A stretch of DNA of 64,000 bases from a virus. Of the stretch, positions 45,393 through 55,082 are shown one piece after another (within the stretch, counting starts at the first letter, position 1; each line of letters opens with the position of its first letter). The DNA is taken from IMG/VR virus record IMGVR_UViG_3300044617_000796, positions 32,001 to 96,000 of that record, one strand, 5' to 3'. Below the pieces are notes generated by a model, which was not told the DNA's origin, searched no databases, and was given only the letters and a program-made list of their open reading frames with translations. The translations under genes and the position numbers were made by a program.

Positions 45393-45443
45393 TCTTTTCT
45401 TATTGGGGCTAGATTAGTGATCAGCCTAACCTAGCCCCAAAGC

Positions 45444-45764
45444 TTATTTTGATTTTTTTATTTGTGTTATTGTTTTGTTTATAACAATTGGGACTATTTC
45501 AGAATAGTCAATTACATTATAAACTTTCTTAATTGAATTTCTTTCACGAGAAGAAAAGCCTCCCCAAACACCATGCTCTATGTTTTCATTTAAAGCATAA
45601 GATAAGCATTCGGTTTGAACTTTGCAATCACCACAAAATTCTCTTGCTTTACTAATTTTCTTTGTGCTGTACCTTCCATTTTCAGTTTCAAAAAAGAAAA
45701 TATCTAATGGATGTTTTTTGCATTTAGCAAAATCTCTCCACTCTTCCCGTCTAGTTTTAGCCAT
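45444..45764 (-). CDS. whiB: WhiB-family transcriptional regulator
   Basis: W...AKC...FF...A...C..C.V...CL.YAL.....GVWGG.S..ER. Confidence 0.92.
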   Translation of the reverse strand: MAKTRREEWRDFAKCKKHPLDIFFFETENGRYSTKKISKAREFCGDCKVQTECLSYALNENIEHGVWGGFSSRERNSIKKVYNVIDYSEIVPIVINKTITQIKKSK

Positions 45765-45767
45765 TAA

Positions 45768-46136
45768 TTACTCCTTATCTTTGTCTTCGTAATAAGGCAT
45801 GTTTGGATTTTCATGCAACTGATTCATGGTACCTTCTTGATATGCTTTATGATACTCATCCATATCAATTTCAGCTAACTCAATAATTGTTGACAAGTGA
45901 TGTAACAAAGATAGTATAACGCTAACACTTCTATCGTCATCAAGTTCACCTTCAACATCGCAAGCAATATTAAGTATTGACATTGATAACTGAGCTCTAC
46001 TTGTTTTATCTTCATAGTTTGTTGTACATAACTTATTCAGAACTGATTGCATTATTACTACAAAATCAGTTTCATCACTAAATCCAGTAGGAATTCTATC
46101 CTTACCAGCATCATCTAAATCATCTAAATTAAACAT
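45768..46136 (-). CDS. Hypothetical protein (start reassigned)
   Basis: SD AAGGAG before ATG 46136. Confidence 0.5.
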   Translation of the reverse strand: MFNLDDLDDAGKDRIPTGFSDETDFVVIMQSVLNKLCTTNYEDKTSRAQLSMSILNIACDVEGELDDDRSVSVILSLLHHLSTIIELAEIDMDEYHKAYQEGTMNQLHENPNMPYYEDKDKE

Positions 46137-46143
46137 ATTCTCC

Positions 46144-46749
46144 TTAGTTTGCGTATAGGTCAAAATCAATATCTGTTACTTCTTCTGGAACATAATGATG
46201 TTCCCATTGATCATGTTGTCTAATTTCACCATTAGCAAATATCAATTGCCCAGCAAAACACATTCCTGGTTCTTCATAATGAATATAACCATTTAGTGTA
46301 GGAAATTGTTTAACAATAGCTTCTGCTAATTCATCACAACCAGGAGCCCATGCTGTATCATATTCAAAATGAATACTTGCATTACCTGTTAATACAGAAA
46401 CACCATTTTCAAAATCAACATCACCATCTTCTAGATGTGGATAATTAATTTTTGTTTCATAGGAAATGCTTTCAGCATTCATATTGTAATCACCCCATTT
46501 AGTTCCCCATTTACTATTGCACCAATCGTACCAGTTATCATGACCATATTTATTAATCAAATCTACATTGCCTTCTTTTGAAGGTGATGTAGTTCCTTCT
46601 AATTCTTTCGGCATTGGGATCAATGATTCAAATAGATTGTATTCATTTTCATCTTTATCATCACCATCATTTTTTACAAGGGCGATGAATTTTTCTACAT
46701 CATCAATTGGACCAGTTATTCCTAACCTGTTACTGCAATGATTTGGCAT
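46144..46749 (-). CDS. DUF1281/YubB-like protein
   Basis: MPNHC.N.L, NWYDWC..KWGTKW, DTAW.P and Y.EPG motifs. Confidence 0.7.
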   Translation of the reverse strand: MPNHCSNRLGITGPIDDVEKFIALVKNDGDDKDENEYNLFESLIPMPKELEGTTSPSKEGNVDLINKYGHDNWYDWCNSKWGTKWGDYNMNAESISYETKINYPHLEDGDVDFENGVSVLTGNASIHFEYDTAWAPGCDELAEAIVKQFPTLNGYIHYEEPGMCFAGQLIFANGEIRQHDQWEHHYVPEEVTDIDFDLYAN

Positions 46750-46750
46750 T

Positions 46751-47434
46751 TTAAAACTCCATTTCTAGTTGATTCGGATTATATTTTGATATTTCATTTA
46801 CTGAAAACTTTGGTCTTTCTAAACTAACTTCATCGCAGAAATCAAACCATTTCTGATAATTTTCTGCACTCCAATATTGCAAATTATAGATTGCCATCAT
46901 GACATCATTATCTTTAAATCCTGATCTAACATCAATATCCATATTTATATTTAGCTCATGATAAACTTCAGAAGCCCAGTCTGGATTATTGACAATATCT
47001 ACATAGCCAGGACTGATGTAATTCCAAAATTCAATACTGTCAATATTGTCATCATCAATCATTTTGTCGTATGTTTCTTCATCAGCAACTGGATAGTCAT
47101 CTAATTTGTCTAACCATTCCATTGCTAAATAGAATGAAGATGCGATAACTTTTTTGTCTGTATCATCTTCATAAACACGACAAACTAATCTATCAACATT
47201 ACCAACAGCCCAATGTGCATAGTTTTCAATTCTGAAATCTTCAGGAAAAATGCCCATCAATTCTTCAGTAATATATTTGAAGTTTGCTTTTTCTAATGCA
47301 TCAGAGTCTCTATTCTGATCAATATTAGTAAAGCCCCAAGTATCAAACATATCTTTGCTACCCCAATAACCGAATTCTTCTGGTTTAGTTGTAGCTTGTC
47401 TAGCAAATTCTTCTATGTTTTCAACATATGACAT
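46751..47434 (-). CDS. Hypothetical protein (HWAVG...L.DYP..DEE)
   Basis: SD AGGAG. Confidence 0.6.
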   Translation of the reverse strand: MSYVENIEEFARQATTKPEEFGYWGSKDMFDTWGFTNIDQNRDSDALEKANFKYITEELMGIFPEDFRIENYAHWAVGNVDRLVCRVYEDDTDKKVIASSFYLAMEWLDKLDDYPVADEETYDKMIDDDNIDSIEFWNYISPGYVDIVNNPDWASEVYHELNINMDIDVRSGFKDNDVMMAIYNLQYWSAENYQKWFDFCDEVSLERPKFSVNEISKYNPNQLEMEF

Positions 47435-47457
47435 ACCATCTCCTATTCAGGTATATT

Positions 47458-47489
47458 AAAATGGGGCTACTGATTTCTCAGTAGCCCCA
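47458..47489 (-). terminator. Intrinsic terminator
   Basis: TGGGGCTACTGA/TCAGTAGCCCCA stem followed by TTTT on the minus strand. Confidence 0.75.
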
Positions 47490-47502
47490 GATTGATTATT
47501 TA

Positions 47503-47973
47503 TTATTGTTGTTCTTGGTTATAGCATTCAATTAATTCTGCAATTGCTTCAGCAAGATCGCCTCTTGCATCACCATAATCAAAAACTGCATTCTCTTTAT
47601 CATCTTCAAAAGAAATTGCACTTCCAATTTTATTGTCAGTAGTTGCGTTTACGGTAAGCATAACCCTTCTTCTTTCTGGATGCTTAGAGGGTGCTATTTG
47701 TTCATCTTCATTATCACCATCTTTAATTGGTGCCGCCCAACCACAAGTTACAAATGTAAAGAAGTTATAACCTTTCATTTTCCAAATGGTATTGAATGGG
47801 TTAAGCATTTCATAAACATCTCCGTTCTCAGAGATTTTATCAAATGTGATTTGGTTATTCTCATCCATCTTAACACCATACATCAATGCTTTACCCATAT
47901 TATAATCGGCAGGCATTTGTTTTTGAATTGTTTCTACTACTTCTTTGAATTCTGATTCTGTCAATGTTTTCAC
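47503..47973 (-). CDS. Hypothetical protein (GWAAP...PSKHPERRRV)
   Basis: Tightly packed ORF. Confidence 0.6.
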   Translation of the reverse strand: MKTLTESEFKEVVETIQKQMPADYNMGKALMYGVKMDENNQITFDKISENGDVYEMLNPFNTIWKMKGYNFFTFVTCGWAAPIKDGDNEDEQIAPSKHPERRRVMLTVNATTDNKIGSAISFEDDKENAVFDYGDARGDLAEAIAELIECYNQEQQ

Positions 47974-47974
47974 T

Positions 47975-48310
47975 TCAGTTTCCTTTGTTTGCTTTTTCGG
48001 ATATTTTTTCTTTTGCTATTTCATCCCAATTTCTTGGAAGATTCCATTCTACTTTTAATGCCAAAGTTTCTTCTTCTTCAACTTCATCATTATAAGTAAT
48101 AATAACTTCACCATAAGAACCAAAGTCATGCTGTTGCCAATGCTTTTTAAATTGCATTCCTTTATGATTTGCCACTTCTGGGTACATTCTATTTAACTGA
48201 TCAATGTAGGTTTCCATCTCTTTACTACATTGTTCACGAAAATTATCATCACCAACTTGAGCACAATTTTCATCTCCAGGTGTTGGTCCTAAATATAAAT
48301 AATCAATCAT
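47975..48310 (-). CDS. Hypothetical protein (GPTP..E.CAQVG; HDFG.Y.EV)
   Basis: ORF with SD GAGG. Confidence 0.6.
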   Translation of the reverse strand: MIDYLYLGPTPGDENCAQVGDDNFREQCSKEMETYIDQLNRMYPEVANHKGMQFKKHWQQHDFGSYGEVIITYNDEVEEEETLALKVEWNLPRNWDEIAKEKISEKANKGN

Positions 48311-48436
48311 TTTCTTCTACCTCTCCGATTTCTTCTATTTTCCAATATTCATCAGGCATATCTTTTTGAGTCCAGCCTGTCTTTTCAGTCCAGTAATACT
48401 GAGGTTCAGCTATTTGCTTTACCCATCTCAATACTT

Positions 48437-48904
48437 TTACTTTTCCCATTCCCCATCCTTATTTTGCTTTTCCAATATAATTTTTCCAGCTGACATATAT
48501 TTCATTTGTTCTTTGCCAAAATCATAACTCCATGCCCAATCACAACATAAATCATCTTCATACTTTGATGGATGCAGACCACTTAGGTTTTTAGTTTTAT
48601 TTGGGAACAATGCAAATAATTTAACTGTGCAATCATGACAAGCATTTACTTTGATAATGTCTTTCTCTGACATACAATCAAAGAATTCGTCATAACCACC
48701 TACTAATTCAAAACTTACACCACCATCTAATTGATTAATCAAAGTGTTAGGAAACATAAAATCAGTATCTACTTCAGTTTCTTCAGCAGAAACCATATCA
48801 TTTGATTCATCATCCCAAACTCTATTCCAGAATACTGGTTTTATTTTTTCACCACAACCATCACATTCACGCCAATCTTTTTTATTTAAAATTACTTTGC
48901 TCAT
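48437..48904 (-). CDS. Cys-rich hypothetical protein
   Basis: CDGC and CHDC motifs. Confidence 0.55.
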   Translation of the reverse strand: MSKVILNKKDWRECDGCGEKIKPVFWNRVWDDESNDMVSAEETEVDTDFMFPNTLINQLDGGVSFELVGGYDEFFDCMSEKDIIKVNACHDCTVKLFALFPNKTKNLSGLHPSKYEDDLCCDWAWSYDFGKEQMKYMSAGKIILEKQNKDGEWEK

Positions 48905-48977
48905 ATTTTATCCTTTACTAAGATAGTGATTATTAATAACATCATTGAAAGAAGAAGGATTAAGTCCATCGTTCTTA

Positions 48978-49373
48978 TTAAATTTCTTGCCAGATTCTTT
49001 GATAGTGCATGGTTTCTTCATCATTCTTTACTAGCCATAAAGAAATAACTTCTTTTCCAAGTTTACTATCATCACTGCCAATATATGGGTATGTCAATTG
49101 AATTGCATATTTGTATTTAGATATGAATTTCAAAGTTGATTGATTTTGATCAACATACTTTGTAATGTTATAATCTGTTTCAAGATAATCTTTAACTTTG
49201 CCAATAAAAACATATTTGAAATACTTCTTATCAACTAGACGAGGAGTAAATCCATCATTATTTTTATCGTTCTCAATAAGCCAAAGACGCTCAAGATGAA
49301 TAAAGATTTCACCCTCTTCTGAATTTTTAAATTCTTTTAAAATGTTCATCTGAATTTCAACTCCATTTCCCAT
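48978..49373 (-). CDS. Hypothetical protein
   Basis: ORF. Confidence 0.5.
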   Translation of the reverse strand: MGNGVEIQMNILKEFKNSEEGEIFIHLERLWLIENDKNNDGFTPRLVDKKYFKYVFIGKVKDYLETDYNITKYVDQNQSTLKFISKYKYAIQLTYPYIGSDDSKLGKEVISLWLVKNDEETMHYQRIWQEI

Positions 49374-49470
49374 ATCTTCCAGCTTGGATTTTCATCAATA
49401 TCTAATTCCCAATCATAAATTTCTTCACGCTCATAGTTTTCTAAATTTCTATTATCCATGATTATTCCTT

Positions 49471-49701
49471 TCAATCAATTTGTTCTAATAGATCGGCTCT
49501 TACATTTAGTGATTTTAACTCTGTTTTCTTAACCCAGAAATAATTACTTTTATGTAGTAATGCTGGGGTATATATTTTCCTAAATGCTCTCTCTGAAACA
49601 TCTAGTCCAATTTTTTGACACTTATCAGCTAAGCAATATTCATAGCCTGCTTCAAATCTTTCTTCAATAAATTCTAGTTCACAATATATGCATTGAGCCA
49701 T
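49471..49701 (-). CDS. Small zinc-finger-like protein (CIYC...CL...C; HKSNY)
   Basis: Overlapping ORF. Confidence 0.55.
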   Translation of the reverse strand: MAQCIYCELEFIEERFEAGYEYCLADKCQKIGLDVSERAFRKIYTPALLHKSNYFWVKKTELKSLNVRADLLEQID

Positions 49702-49897
49702 TTATCATTCTTTCTACTTGATCTTTTAATTCAAAAACTTGAGACTGAAGATTGATAATAGTTTTAGTATTTGATTCAACAATATCCATAAGAACACTTG
49801 TTCGTTGATCAAATTCTTTTGCTAATTCAATAGTATTTAAACTTTCAATAGCAACCTTACCATTTTCTTTAGTATCAATCATATTCCATTTATTCAT
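49679..49897 (-). CDS. Coiled-coil hypothetical protein
   Basis: TAATG overlap. Confidence 0.45.
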   Translation of the reverse strand: MNKWNMIDTKENGKVAIESLNTIELAKEFDQRTSVLMDIVESNTKTIINLQSQVFELKDQVERMINGSMHIL

Positions 49898-50097
49898 TAC
49901 ATTTCCTCTTTCAATAGAATTTTACAAATCTTTATTGCTTTATCTAGATTACGATTACCCTCATTAAGAATTTCACCATTACGCATAATCCAACGATAAT
50001 CTTTTCTTCTAGAAATAGGGATATTCATTGAAGTAGTTAATTTTTCCAACTCATTCAATAATTGATTTATTTGAATTTTGTCTAGTTTATCTTTCAC
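49897..50097 (-). CDS. Hypothetical protein
   Basis: Overlapping ORF. Confidence 0.5.
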   Translation of the reverse strand: MKDKLDKIQINQLLNELEKLTTSMNIPISRRKDYRWIMRNGEILNEGNRNLDKAIKICKILLKEEM

Positions 50098-50597
50098 TTC
50101 ATCCTCGCTAATTTCTTAACATTTGAATTAATGCGCTTATCAGTTTCTACTTTTTTAATTTCTGCTTTTTTGACATAAGAATTCAATTGATCAATATTTA
50201 ATTGACTTGCTTCTTCAATATAACCATCAATTAATACATCAATACCCATTGATAAAATATCAATTACTGCTTTTACTTTTTCAATCTTTGACAAACGAAT
50301 AAACCTACGGTCATCACCAAGATTATAATCTACACCTTGTCTTGCTTTACGAATAGCAGTAATTTTAATCAATGCTTTTAGCATAACAATTTCTTCTTCT
50401 GTTTCATAAGTTTCACAAACTAAATCAAATGATGTATGAATTATTTCTTTGGCTTGTGGTTTTCTTCGGCTTAAGTTTGTCAAATCATTAAGGTTTACTT
50501 TAATAAAACCTTCACGCTCAACCTTAGGCAATGGAATATGATATGCGTCAATGGTATCAATAAGACCACTGATATCATTTAAATTAATCTTTGTCAT
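50094..50597 (-). CDS. Hypothetical protein with two K(I/V)NLND motifs
   Basis: Motif shared with the cassette 7/8 N-termini. Confidence 0.55.
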   Translation of the reverse strand: MTKINLNDISGLIDTIDAYHIPLPKVEREGFIKVNLNDLTNLSRRKPQAKEIIHTSFDLVCETYETEEEIVMLKALIKITAIRKARQGVDYNLGDDRRFIRLSKIEKVKAVIDILSMGIDVLIDGYIEEASQLNIDQLNSYVKKAEIKKVETDKRINSNVKKLARMK

Positions 50598-51040
50598 GAG
50601 TTTCCCTTTTCGTTATAATAGTTGTTATAATATTCTTGTGTATATTGCTCTGTGTCAATTTTATTGTTATCTACTGACCAATTAAAATAATCTTGCTCTT
50701 TTCTAATATCAAGCAATGACACACCATTTACTTTTGTGTTATGGATATCTGTTCCAGCAAGCCTATCTTTATTTATTGTAATAACTTTTGAATTAGTTGG
50801 AAACAATACTTTATCAAATTCAAATATAATATCGTCTGGCTTATTTGGATTGTAATCAATATCAATAACCTTAAAAGGAATCAAACGCTCTCTCTTTAAC
50901 AAAGAGATTGTATCAAAGTAAACTTCTTTACCAGCATCATAGATACCGATCCAATTAATTACATCTCCAACTTCTAAATTAGAAGCTGGGGTAAGATATT
51001 TATAATTACCATCTTTTGTAATTTCAGAGTGGGTTTTCAT
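50594..51040 (-). CDS. Hypothetical protein
   Basis: ORF with SD AAGG. Confidence 0.5.
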   Translation of the reverse strand: MKTHSEITKDGNYKYLTPASNLEVGDVINWIGIYDAGKEVYFDTISLLKRERLIPFKVIDIDYNPNKPDDIIFEFDKVLFPTNSKVITINKDRLAGTDIHNTKVNGVSLLDIRKEQDYFNWSVDNNKIDTEQYTQEYYNNYYNEKGNS

Positions 51041-51055
51041 TATTTATACCTTTCG

Positions 51056-51412
51056 TTATTTAATAAGATTAGCGGGATTGATATAACTTGAACCAACGAC
51101 TGCCTTAGCGTTATGCTTACGCTTTGGACCAAATACTCGTTTGGAATAATCTGAACCATCAGGATAAACTACTTGTACGCCATTTTTTTTGCAATCAATT
51201 AGAAATAACAATTGTAATAATTGATCAACATCAATTTCGTTATCTTTGTCGGTAACGGCAAACATACGGGTATCGTGATTATTAAACTCATACTTAAACT
51301 TAACAATAGTCCCATAATTTAGATGACCATTTTCTATTTCTAAACCTAATAAACGAGTACGAATATGATTATCGTCAAGATTATCATCAGATTGTAAATT
51401 AAGATTTGACAT
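51056..51412 (-). CDS. Hypothetical protein, first gene of the minus-strand block
   Basis: SD AAGGAG. Confidence 0.55.
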   Translation of the reverse strand: MSNLNLQSDDNLDDNHIRTRLLGLEIENGHLNYGTIVKFKYEFNNHDTRMFAVTDKDNEIDVDQLLQLLFLIDCKKNGVQVVYPDGSDYSKRVFGPKRKHNAKAVVGSSYINPANLIK

Positions 51413-51851
51413 AATTATCTCCTTTAGTATTTAGTTATTTATTTAGTTAATCAATTAATTATTTATTTCGGGACAGAAAAAAACCATAACATGAGTTTAT
51501 CAGTTAATTTTATTGAAACTACAGTAAGTGAAAAAGAATTTAAAAATTCTTTTTTTGGTGAGGAGAAACGACAATTGAATGTGCGTTAAAATGTGATCGC
51601 TTTGATAAATAGATTATGAAAGCGTTAGCTGAACAGATCAAAGCTCGCTTATGATATCTAATCCACGATCATGAGATTAGATTTAATGTGAAAACTACTT
51701 TTAAAATCGTTAATAGATTGCTAAAGTCAATGGTTTGAAATACCATTAAAATTATTAACACCACCCTAATTTTATCATTATACTACGAAATTGAGTATAT
51801 ATTTTTCCTGGGTCTGATGTTTTACTACTGATTTACATTTTCCAGTAGATT

Positions 51852-52676
51852 TTACTTTTTATCTGAGTATGTAGCATTTCTTTCTAAGAAACTCATCATA
51901 GTTCCTTCATATCTCATACGACCTAGGTGAGTCATTTTAATTGCAGGATCAACCCAAACTTTTCCTTGAATATCCTGCCAATATCTACAGAAACCATAGT
52001 CTTCAGATAAGAATCTATTAAGGTGTGGATCAATGTATGAATTAAAGAATGCGTATGTCCAGTCTCTTTCTTCATCATTTAGTGAACCAGTATCATCGTT
52101 ATACTTTAGATGTGGATATGCTTCAATAAGTTTTGTAAATACTTCTCTCTTAATAAGCATAAATCCAGTTCCAGCGTCAAAAATTTCAATAGCGCCATTG
52201 CTAACACTAAGGGAGTTATTCTCTTTATCCTTAACTGCGTTAACAACATATCTCAAACTATTGCTCATTAGTTCATCTGTTGGTATTCCAGCTTTTACAT
52301 TTTGCTCTACAAGTTCCCAATTAATAGACTTAATTGGATAAGCACCAGTCATGATTTCTTTATCATGCCATAACATCTTAATAACATCTTCAGGTTCCCA
52401 GGCAATATCAGCATCAATAAACATCATATGAGTTAAATTTTCTTGTGCCATAAATTTAGCCGACATGCTATTTCTAGCTCTATTAATTAAAGAGTCAGTA
52501 ATTGTCGCTACAGCAAACCTAATGTTATGATCTCTAAAATACATTAGAGTCTTAATAAGGCTCATCATTGTTGGTTCGCTAATTTGTTGATCATAGCAAG
52601 GAATAGCAAAAAGAACATTCCAGCTCTTCAATTGTTCATTATCAATTTCTATTGTTTGTGTTTCAAAAAGTCCCAT
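51852..52676 (-). CDS. GT-A-fold glycosyltransferase-like protein
   Basis: SLINRARN, FIDADI, GTGFMLIKR and SEDYGFC..W motifs; TATACT ends 6 nt before ATG 52676. Confidence 0.7.
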   Translation of the reverse strand: MGLFETQTIEIDNEQLKSWNVLFAIPCYDQQISEPTMMSLIKTLMYFRDHNIRFAVATITDSLINRARNSMSAKFMAQENLTHMMFIDADIAWEPEDVIKMLWHDKEIMTGAYPIKSINWELVEQNVKAGIPTDELMSNSLRYVVNAVKDKENNSLSVSNGAIEIFDAGTGFMLIKREVFTKLIEAYPHLKYNDDTGSLNDEERDWTYAFFNSYIDPHLNRFLSEDYGFCRYWQDIQGKVWVDPAIKMTHLGRMRYEGTMMSFLERNATYSDKK

Positions 52677-52691
52677 GCCAATAGTATACAT

Positions 52692-52730
52692 AAAAAAATG
52701 GGCTGAGATTGCTCCCAGCCCATTTTTATT
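52692..52730. terminator. Bidirectional terminator
   Basis: A7-TGGGCTG...CAGCCCA-T5. Confidence 0.75.
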
Positions 52731-52750
52731 TATTTTTTTGTAATTTATAA

Positions 52751-53098
52751 TTACTTAGTTTTTACAGCGCTCTTGACATTCTTAATGTCTTTAGCTTTTA
52801 CAACTCCCTTTACGGGGGCAATTGTAGTCTCTAATTCTGACACCTTAGGGACACGGAAAAACAATGTCTGCTTTGTCTTATCAAAATGAATTTGAACATT
52901 AAAATTCAACTTCTTAGCTTGGGCACGAATTCTCTGCTGCATTGAATTGTACTTCTTGCCTGGCTGAATACCTTCAATTGAGTAAGGCTTGCCGTTCTCA
53001 TTTGAAAGAATTAGTGTGTCAATAATTGTCTGCAACTCTGCCGATGTACGACCAGTTCTAGAAATTACTGGGAAATTCATTGCTTCTTTGATTTGCAT
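52751..53098 (-). CDS. Basic putative DNA-binding protein
   Basis: SD AGGAG; SRTGR motif; K-rich. Confidence 0.55.
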   Translation of the reverse strand: MQIKEAMNFPVISRTGRTSAELQTIIDTLILSNENGKPYSIEGIQPGKKYNSMQQRIRAQAKKLNFNVQIHFDKTKQTLFFRVPKVSELETTIAPVKGVVKAKDIKNVKSAVKTK

Positions 53099-53196
53099 TT
53101 TATTCTCCTAATTATGTGGATTTGTACTGCCAATTGGCATGTCATAGACATTATCACCAACAAAACGCAAAGATGCAGTTTTCTGCATTTTTTTAA

Positions 53197-53334
53197 TTAA
53201 AAATCTTTTTCGTTAATTTTCTGGGCAGCATTTAACTGAGCTATTAAGATAGCATTCTGAGTAGTTAACTCTGCAATTTTATCTGATAAAATCTTAATAA
53301 CAAGCTGGACATCAACTTGAGTTTCATTTTTCAT
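53197..53334 (-). CDS. 45-aa coiled-coil protein (missing from the ORF track)
   Basis: ATGA overlap with terminase stop; MKNETQVDVQLVIKILSDKIAELTTQNAILIAQL. Confidence 0.5.
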   Translation of the reverse strand: MKNETQVDVQLVIKILSDKIAELTTQNAILIAQLNAAQKINEKDF

Positions 53335-55070
53335 ATACTCTCCAACCATTTCTCTCCGTCTTGAATTTCAGTTTTGGTTTGCGTATAACCTGGGACAAAC
53401 CCTCCCAAATCGTTATTATACACTCTCACCGTACCAAATTCCTCCACATCATCATATTTTTCACTATCTGCATCAAACCCAATTATTTCTATTTCAACAT
53501 CTTGTTCCATTGCCATGTTCTCAATTGCGTTAAATACAGAACCAGCCAATGCGTCAGCTAAATCTTTTGAGCCAGCGTTAGGGTGATCAATCTTATTATT
53601 AGAGAACAGTCTTAACTTTAAAAGCTCTTCCTCTACTAAGATTTGATTCCAATAGCCCCTAAGTCTTGTATCATAAATTGAGGTCATCAATGTATCATAA
53701 TCAGTTTTCTTAACTGAGTGAAAGTCTGCGTTAATACCTTGTGCTCTTAAACTTTGAATCATTTCAATTGATTGCCAACGGTCAAATGTTACTTTTGCTA
53801 CATCAAACCTCTTGCATAAATCAACTATCAATTGCCTTACTGATGCAAAATTAATCTCTTCTCCTGGTGCTGCTTTCCATGAGTGAATTAAATCAATATT
53901 AATGATTGGTAAGTATTCAACTCCCATTGATGTTGTAATTTCTTTAAACCCAGCACAATGAGACATACATAGAGCTGTTCTATCTCTTTTAAATCCAAGG
54001 TCAATATGAATATACCTTCTGTGCCCATCTGTATTATTAAACCACTTATGAAATCTTCCTTCTTCATCTAATGGATCATCAGCATACAAAAAAGCTTTTC
54101 TAACTTTTTCTTCATCTCTAAAATATGCGTCTTCCATTGTTGGAGGTTCACATTCAAATCTTGATGCTGCTTCAATTGGATTTCTAATATACTCTGATTC
54201 CAATTGTTCTCTTTTAATTGTAGGATTAACTTCCCAAGTAGCAGCTTTAATTGACCAAGTTTTTGGCTCTTTCTTCTCTCTAGAATTAAAATATCTTTGT
54301 TGAATAAAGTCACCTTTATAGCGAGGGAAAGACAATAGAATTACTTTACCTATTTCTGGGAATCTGGACATGACAGATAATTTACTCATGTTATAAATTG
54401 CAGATGCCGATCCTTTTGATCTAATCTCACCTTTTAATTCACTATCTGTTTTAAAGGCTGAGATTTCATCCAAGATTACTGTTAATACTTCATAACCTTC
54501 CCAACCTTCTGATTCAGAGTGACCAGAGAATAATCTTACTGGGCGAGAAAAGAAAAATATTTCTGATACTCTAGGTTCAAATCCAACATTATTAAAGAAA
54601 GGAGAAGATAGCAAAAGGTTCTTTAATGGTTCAAAGAACACTCTCTGAGCCTGCTGAGCGTTAACAGCCAGGTTTAACAAGTCAATATAAACACCGTGAG
54701 CTTTACCGTAATAACCCAAAGGGTCTCTTAAGCAATGCAATAAGTAAACTGTATAAGCCATAGATATTCTTGCACAATGGTCTTTTCCTGATCCTTTGCC
54801 TAACATGCAAATTACTTCATTGTCTGTATACTTGTTGTAATACTCTAGACCTTCTTTTTCTCCATAAAGTTTTTGCAAAGTCGGTAATTTCAAAATCTGT
54901 GTGCTATGCTTTACGATCTCAAGCTGAATTTCAGATAGGGGTGGTAATCCTAAATAATGTTTATCTTGAACAAAAGTTTCAATAGAGACAGGTTCTTCCA
55001 TAAGTTCATCCTGACGGAGTAACCTATCAAAATCATTAAACTCAAGATTAATGCCGAGGAAATCAGACAT
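53331..55070 (-). CDS. terL: Terminase large subunit
   Basis: Walker A GKGSGKD, Walker B VILDE, HIDLG nuclease, TFDRW and IDHP..GSKDLADA motifs. Confidence 0.9.
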   Translation of the reverse strand: MSDFLGINLEFNDFDRLLRQDELMEEPVSIETFVQDKHYLGLPPLSEIQLEIVKHSTQILKLPTLQKLYGEKEGLEYYNKYTDNEVICMLGKGSGKDHCARISMAYTVYLLHCLRDPLGYYGKAHGVYIDLLNLAVNAQQAQRVFFEPLKNLLLSSPFFNNVGFEPRVSEIFFFSRPVRLFSGHSESEGWEGYEVLTVILDEISAFKTDSELKGEIRSKGSASAIYNMSKLSVMSRFPEIGKVILLSFPRYKGDFIQQRYFNSREKKEPKTWSIKAATWEVNPTIKREQLESEYIRNPIEAASRFECEPPTMEDAYFRDEEKVRKAFLYADDPLDEEGRFHKWFNNTDGHRRYIHIDLGFKRDRTALCMSHCAGFKEITTSMGVEYLPIINIDLIHSWKAAPGEEINFASVRQLIVDLCKRFDVAKVTFDRWQSIEMIQSLRAQGINADFHSVKKTDYDTLMTSIYDTRLRGYWNQILVEEELLKLRLFSNNKIDHPNAGSKDLADALAGSVFNAIENMAMEQDVEIEIIGFDADSEKYDDVEEFGTVRVYNNDLGGFVPGYTQTKTEIQDGEKWLESI

Positions 55071-55082
55071 ATATCAATTCCT

